Part shown: positions 59,504-64,000 of the stretch, piece after piece
How positions within the stretch are numbered: the stretch's first letter is position 1
Layout: every line of letters begins with the position of its first letter
Assembly: GCA_047285805.1 (NCBI GenBank)
Contig: JBJBCN010000003.1
Location: forward strand, 352,001 to 416,000
Direction: 5' to 3'
Source of the DNA: Synechococcus sp.
Lineage (GTDB): Bacteria; Cyanobacteriota; Cyanobacteriia; PCC-6307; Cyanobiaceae
Length of the DNA stretch: 64,000 bases
Notes under the pieces: generated by a model
The model's database searches: none
The model's input: the letters and a program-made list of their open reading frames with translations, nothing else
What the model was told of the DNA's origin: nothing
Translations under genes and position numbers: made by a program

Positions 59504-61486
59504 ATGTCAGACACCGGCCTCACCCCTGCCGAAGCCGCGGCGGCTGCCATGCAACGCAGCGTGTTGGGTGACGACGCCGAGTCGAACACCCCTACTGAAA
59601 AGACCAAAACATTGGAGCCCCAACGCGAGGAGCTCTCCGACTTCATCGAGGCCGCTGGCCTGCTCGAGTACGACCCGGCAGCGATCAGTCGGATCTATGC
59701 CGGTGCCCCTCAACGCTTGATCCGCCGACTCTGGCAAACGCTGGTTCCAATCGGCCTCTATCTCTTTGGTGTCGGCTTCGACTGGATCACCCGCAGGCTC
59801 AAGGATCCCGACCACGCACGCGCCAGGGCGAAAGAAGCCGCTGATCTGGTGGCCTCTCTGGGTCCAGCCTTCATCAAGGCCGGCCAGGCCCTCTCCACCC
59901 GTCCAGACATCGTTCCGCCGCTGCTGCTGGAGGAGCTCGCCGGTCTACAGGACCAACTGCCCGGCTTTGATTCAGGTCTGGCCATGGCCTGCATTGAGGA
60001 AGACCTCGGTGCACCGATTTCAGCCATTTACGCCGAGTTAGAGCGCGAGCCGATCTCCGCGGCGTCCCTTGGCCAAGTCCACCGGGGTGTGTTGCTGAGC
60101 GGCGAAAAGGTGGCGGTCAAAGTCCAGCGCCCAGGACTCAGAGAACAGATCACCCTTGACCTCTACATCGTCCGCAACATCGCGGCCTGGCTGAACACCA
60201 ACATCGGCCTGATCCGCTCGGACCTTGTTGCCCTGATCGATGAGCTGGGCAAGCGGGTCTTTGAGGAGATGGACTATTGCAACGAGGCGACCAACGCCGA
60301 AACGTTCGCAGCACTCCACTCCCACAACTCCCGCATTGCGGTCCCCCGAATCTTCCGCGACGCCACAGCACGGCGCGTGCTGACGATGGAGTGGATCGAT
60401 GGGGTGAAACTCACCAACCTCGAAGCCGTTCGCGAGCTGGGGATCGACCCCGACGACATGGTCACTTTGGGGGTGAACTGCTCCCTGCAGCAGCTGCTGG
60501 AGCACGGCTTCTTCCATGCAGACCCCCATCCAGGAAACCTGCTGGCCCTACCCGATGGCCGCCTGGCCTATCTGGACTTCGGGATGATGAGCGAGGTCAG
60601 CCGTGAAAGCCGCACCGGGTTGATCCAAGCGGTTGTTCACCTGGTGAACCGCAACTTTGGAAAGCTCAGCAACGACTTCGTCAGCCTGGGTTTCCTTGCG
60701 GAAGACGTGAATCTCGAGCCCATCGTTCCGGCCTTTGAACAGGTCTTTGGCCAAGCCCTGGAGATGGGTGTGAGCCGGATGGACTTCAAGGCCGTCACCG
60801 ACGACCTCAGCGGGGTGATGTATCGCTTCCCCTTCCGTGTCCCGCCCTATTACGCCCTGATCATTCGGTCCCTGGTGACGCTGGAGGGCATCGCCTTGAG
60901 CGTCGACCCCGACTTCAAGATCTTGGGTGCGGCCTACCCCTACTTCGCCCGCCGGCTGATGGAGGACCCCGATCCGCAGCTGCGCAACAGCCTCAAAGAG
61001 ATGTTGTTCGACGGCGAGATCTTCCGTTGGCAGCGGCTCGACAACCTGATCAGCAGCGCCGCCAGCGGCAACCAATTGGACCTGGAGGGTCTGCTGGATC
61101 AAGTCCTCGACTTCCTCTTCTCCCCCAAGGCCGGACTGCTCCGCAACCAGCTAGTCGATGCCACCGTGGACCAGCTCGACGCTCTTGGCTGGCAAACCGC
61201 CATCAGGCTCAGCCAACGCCTGCCCAAGGCCCTCAGGCCACCAGGTTTGCGGGATCAAGCCACAATCACGCCGAGCGACGTGGAGTTGCTCTCGCTTGAA
61301 CCGATCCAACGGCTCCTGGCGATCCTTAGCCAACTACCGGGCTTTGACACCCAACTGCTGCTCAAACGCATTCCCAGGCTGATCCAGGAATCAGAGCTGC
61401 GCCGGATGGGATCGGACATGGCCAGGGGATTGGCGGAGCGGAGTCTTGTGCGACTCGTGCGGGACGTCCTGGTCAGTCCGGCCTAG
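59504..61486 (+). CDS. ABC1/AarF/UbiB atypical kinase
   Basis: LGPAFIKAGQALSTRPD, AASLGQVH, VAVKVQRPG, HADPHPGN, YLDFGMM. Confidence 0.93.
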   Translation: MSDTGLTPAEAAAAAMQRSVLGDDAESNTPTEKTKTLEPQREELSDFIEAAGLLEYDPAAISRIYAGAPQRLIRRLWQTLVPIGLYLFGVGFDWITRRLKDPDHARARAKEAADLVASLGPAFIKAGQALSTRPDIVPPLLLEELAGLQDQLPGFDSGLAMACIEEDLGAPISAIYAELEREPISAASLGQVHRGVLLSGEKVAVKVQRPGLREQITLDLYIVRNIAAWLNTNIGLIRSDLVALIDELGKRVFEEMDYCNEATNAETFAALHSHNSRIAVPRIFRDATARRVLTMEWIDGVKLTNLEAVRELGIDPDDMVTLGVNCSLQQLLEHGFFHADPHPGNLLALPDGRLAYLDFGMMSEVSRESRTGLIQAVVHLVNRNFGKLSNDFVSLGFLAEDVNLEPIVPAFEQVFGQALEMGVSRMDFKAVTDDLSGVMYRFPFRVPPYYALIIRSLVTLEGIALSVDPDFKILGAAYPYFARRLMEDPDPQLRNSLKEMLFDGEIFRWQRLDNLISSAASGNQLDLEGLLDQVLDFLFSPKAGLLRNQLVDATVDQLDALGWQTAIRLSQRLPKALRPPGLRDQATITPSDVELLSLEPIQRLLAILSQLPGFDTQLLLKRIPRLIQESELRRMGSDMARGLAERSLVRLVRDVLVSPA

Positions 61487-61511
61487 GGTCTCCAAACTGT
61501 TTCGAGCCCCA

Positions 61512-62084
61512 ATGCCGTCCAGCAAACGCCAGCGAATCCTTGCTGCAGCGCTTGGCTTGGGCTTGCTAGGTGGCACGCCAAGTCTCGCCGCGGAGAACGT
61601 GGTGTTTGTCACCGGAGCGTTCCGGCGCTCGATCCCAGTGGCGGACTTCGAATACTTGACCGAGACCAATCAGGCTCGGGGCCTGCTCTCGGATCTCCTC
61701 AGCTTCACCAAGATGGAGCCCAAGGAGGTCTCCAAGCTTCTCAAGGCTGAACTGACCATCCCCTTGGTGTTGACCAGCCGGCTTCTGAACACCCGTCTTG
61801 GCGAAGCGATCCTGGCCCGGGTGGCCAAGATCATTTATCCGCTGAAGGCGCGTGGTGCTGGGATTCCCGCCCTACGGGCTGGGGTGATCAATGCGCTCGT
61901 GGCCGGCGACGACAAGATCAACGCGATCGGCTTCATACAGGCGTACCCGGTCGATGAGCTGGAAGTAAGCATTCCGGCACTGATGAACGTGCTCGCGAAA
62001 GCCAAATCCATAAGCCAACTGATCTCCTTCTTTTCCGATTCACCCCTGGACGGGCTGAGGGGCGAGAACAAGGCTGCCCCGTAG
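61512..62084 (+). CDS. DUF1400-type exported protein (often annotated alpha/beta hydrolase)
   Basis: Signal-like N-terminus ending AAENV, GAFRRSIPV, ALRAG..NA, YP motif. Confidence 0.75.
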   Translation: MPSSKRQRILAAALGLGLLGGTPSLAAENVVFVTGAFRRSIPVADFEYLTETNQARGLLSDLLSFTKMEPKEVSKLLKAELTIPLVLTSRLLNTRLGEAILARVAKIIYPLKARGAGIPALRAGVINALVAGDDKINAIGFIQAYPVDELEVSIPALMNVLAKAKSISQLISFFSDSPLDGLRGENKAAP

Positions 62085-62163
62085 ATTCGGGTCCAGAGCG
62101 TCCCAGCCGACCGTGCCCCTGCTGACTTCCATCCGCCGGCGACTGGGATCCAGGAAAGCGACG

Positions 62164-63222
62164 ATGCAGGACTGGCCGGGCCTGATTGAGGCATACAGCC
62201 GCTGGTTGCCGGTCAGCGACAAAACGCCCGTCGTCACCCTGCGGGAGGGAGCAACCCCCTTGATTCCAGCGCCGTCCATTGCTGAACGGATCGGCAAAGG
62301 GGTGAAGGTCTATCTGAAATACGACGGTCTAAACCCCACTGGATCCTTCAAGGACCGGGGCATGACCATGGCCATCTCCAAGGCCAAGGAAGAGGGCTCC
62401 GAGGCGGTGATCTGCGCCAGCACCGGCAACACCTCCGCTGCAGCAGCAGCCTATGCCCGGCGCGGCGGCATGCGCGCCTTCGTCTTGATCCCTGACGGCT
62501 ACGTGGCCCAGGGCAAGCTCGCCCAAGCCCTGCTTTACGGCGCAGAAGTCCTGGCGGTGAAGGGCAACTTTGACCGGGCCCTGGCCATCGTTCGCGAAGT
62601 GGCGGATCAGTACCCCGTCACCCTGGTGAACTCCCTCAATCCCTACCGACTCCAAGGGCAGAAAACGGCAGCCTTTGAGGTGGTGGATGCCCTCGGTGAA
62701 GCACCGGATTGGCTCTGCATCCCCGTCGGCAACGCCGGCAATATCAGCGCCTACTGGATGGGCTTCAACGAGTACAAGGCCGCGGGCCACAGCCGCAAGC
62801 TGCCCCGAATGATGGGCTTCCAAGCGGCCGGCTCAGCGCCACTCGTCCTGGGCCACACCGTGGAGCAACCCGACACCATTGCGACGGCGATCCGGATCGG
62901 TAACCCTGTCAACAAGGAGAAGGCGCTGAAAGCCCGCGCTGAAAGTAACGGTGACTTCATGGCCGTCACCGATGCCGAAATCATCGAGGCCTACAAGCTG
63001 CTCGGCAGTGGCGAAGGCGTGTTCTGCGAGCCAGCCAGCGCCGCCTCCGTTGCCGGTCTGATCAAACGTCGCGACGAAGTCCCTGCAGGGGCCACGTTGG
63101 TCTGTGTCTTGACGGGCAACGGCTTGAAGGACCCGACAACGGCGATCGAGCACAACGACTCGAAGTTCCACACAGGCCTCGATGCCGACACAGCCAAGGT
63201 CGCTCAAGTGATGGGCTTCTGA
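62164..63222 (+). CDS. thrC: Threonine synthase
   Basis: MQDWPGLIEAY, NPTGSFKDRGM, CASTGNTSAA, PVGNAGN, FCEPASAAS, LTGNGLKDP; alternative GTG start at 62113. Confidence 0.97.
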   Translation: MQDWPGLIEAYSRWLPVSDKTPVVTLREGATPLIPAPSIAERIGKGVKVYLKYDGLNPTGSFKDRGMTMAISKAKEEGSEAVICASTGNTSAAAAAYARRGGMRAFVLIPDGYVAQGKLAQALLYGAEVLAVKGNFDRALAIVREVADQYPVTLVNSLNPYRLQGQKTAAFEVVDALGEAPDWLCIPVGNAGNISAYWMGFNEYKAAGHSRKLPRMMGFQAAGSAPLVLGHTVEQPDTIATAIRIGNPVNKEKALKARAESNGDFMAVTDAEIIEAYKLLGSGEGVFCEPASAASVAGLIKRRDEVPAGATLVCVLTGNGLKDPTTAIEHNDSKFHTGLDADTAKVAQVMGF

Positions 63223-63250
63223 ACCCCCTCAACACCGCGCAGACTGCTTC

Positions 63251-63275
63251 GCCCGGCCTGAAGCCGGGCTTTTTT
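63251..63275 (+). terminator. Rho-independent terminator after thrC
   Basis: GCCCGGC-CTGAA-GCCGGGC followed by TTTTTT. Confidence 0.88.
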
Positions 63276-63299
63276 GTAGCCAAACCTAAAAACCAATCC

Positions 63300-63660
63300 C
63301 AAAAGCGACTGCCCACAACTTGAGGAAAACGGCGGGGTAAGAGGCTGGAAAAAAGCCGGGTCGAAAACAGCGCCCAACCCCTTTCTTTTCCCCAGGCGCC
63401 GGAAACAGAGGAAATCGCCCCGATTGCTTGAGGTTCAAATCCAGGTTCGACAGGCCTGCGGAAATTAAAACCCTGATGTGGCTTGGATTTGGCGGGTTTC
63501 CCAAAATTTCCGCAAGGCCTACTACTTCGAGTTTGGTTTTCTTTCTTTCTGATCCTTTGATCCATTAACAGTCGCCTGGGGATTACCTGGGAACCCGATC
63601 GATCGACCCGTTGCGCTTCCGCTTGGGTTGTGGAAGCGTGGAGGTCCCTTCAGCCCCGCC
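63300..63660. promoter_or_regulatory. oriC: Probable oriC (degenerate DnaA boxes, DnaA-trio-like element, T-rich tract)
   Basis: Non-coding gap upstream of dnaN. TTTTCCACA-like boxes: TGAGGAAAA 63321, GCTGGAAAA 63344, GGTCGAAAA 63359, TTTTCCCCA 63386, TGCGGAAAT 63457, ATTTCCGCA 63506, TGTGGAAGC 63630. GGCC-TACTACTTC at 63516-63528. Confidence 0.75.
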
Positions 63661-64000
63661 ATGAAGCTGGTCTGCTCCCAGGCCGAATTGAGTTCCAGCC
63701 TTCAACTAGTGAGCAGGGCAGTTGCCGCGCGTCCCACCCATCCAGTCCTGGCAAATGTGTTGCTGACTGCAGATGCTGGAACGGGCAGGCTGAGCTTGAC
63801 CGGGTTTGATCTCAACCTTGGCATCCAGACAAGCCTGAGTGCCTCCGTCGCCACCAGCGGTGCCATCACCCTGCCAGCCCGTCTGTTCGGTGAGATTGTC
63901 TCCCGGATGCCCTCGGACAGTCCGATCACCCTCAGCTGCGAAGACGACAGCGAGCAGGTCGAACTTACAAGCGTGTCCGGCAGCTATCAAATGCGGGGCA
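63661..64000 (+). CDS. dnaN: DNA polymerase III beta clamp (3' end outside the window; absent from the ORF track)
   Basis: Translated by hand: MKLVCSQAELSSSLQLVSRAVAARPTHPVLANVLLTADAGTGRLSLTGFDLNLGIQ...GAITLPARLFGEIVSRMP. Confidence 0.97.
   Translation, partial: MKLVCSQAELSSSLQLVSRAVAARPTHPVLANVLLTADAGTGRLSLTGFDLNLGIQTSLSASVATSGAITLPARLFGEIVSRMPSDSPITLSCEDDSEQVELTSVSGSYQMRG

Noticed and set aside
63286..63565. ORFs in the thrC-dnaN gap, or a CRISPR/ncRNA there
   Set aside because: The ORFs have no family features and the short repeats are DnaA-box-like, not regularly spaced repeat-spacer units

Overview
Picocyanobacterial (Synechococcus/Cyanobium-like; inferred from gene content and synteny) chromosomal segment ending at the replication origin (thrC-oriC-dnaN). 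A GC-rich housekeeping backbone (hisS, galE, cca, pcrA, ho1, icd, glcE/glcF, argH, ftsY, nusB, queG, gyrA-like, uvrA, recN, thrC, dnaN) is interleaved with several cell-surface glycan modules, some clearly AT-richer. These are: (i) a GT-C/GT4/GT2 set next to hisS; (ii) a carbamoyltransferase-SxtJ-SxtK(DUF5989) operon, whose 53-aa third gene is missing from the ORF track and ends in a DltX-like FIYxxF motif, plus a membrane-anchored SGNH protein, together a candidate trans-membrane glycan O-carbamoylation relay; (iii) a phosphoglycosyltransferase homologue lacking its catalytic Asp-Glu; (iv) a GtrABC-like cassette; (v) a 13-gene, ~12.8 kb legionaminic-acid-type island between gyrA and uvrA with two glutaminase modules, one a HisF-HisH fusion. 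No rRNA, tRNA, CRISPR, integrase or transposase was recognised. All calls come from motif recognition by eye; no database searches were run. Several starts were moved from the ORF track to the more plausible codon.
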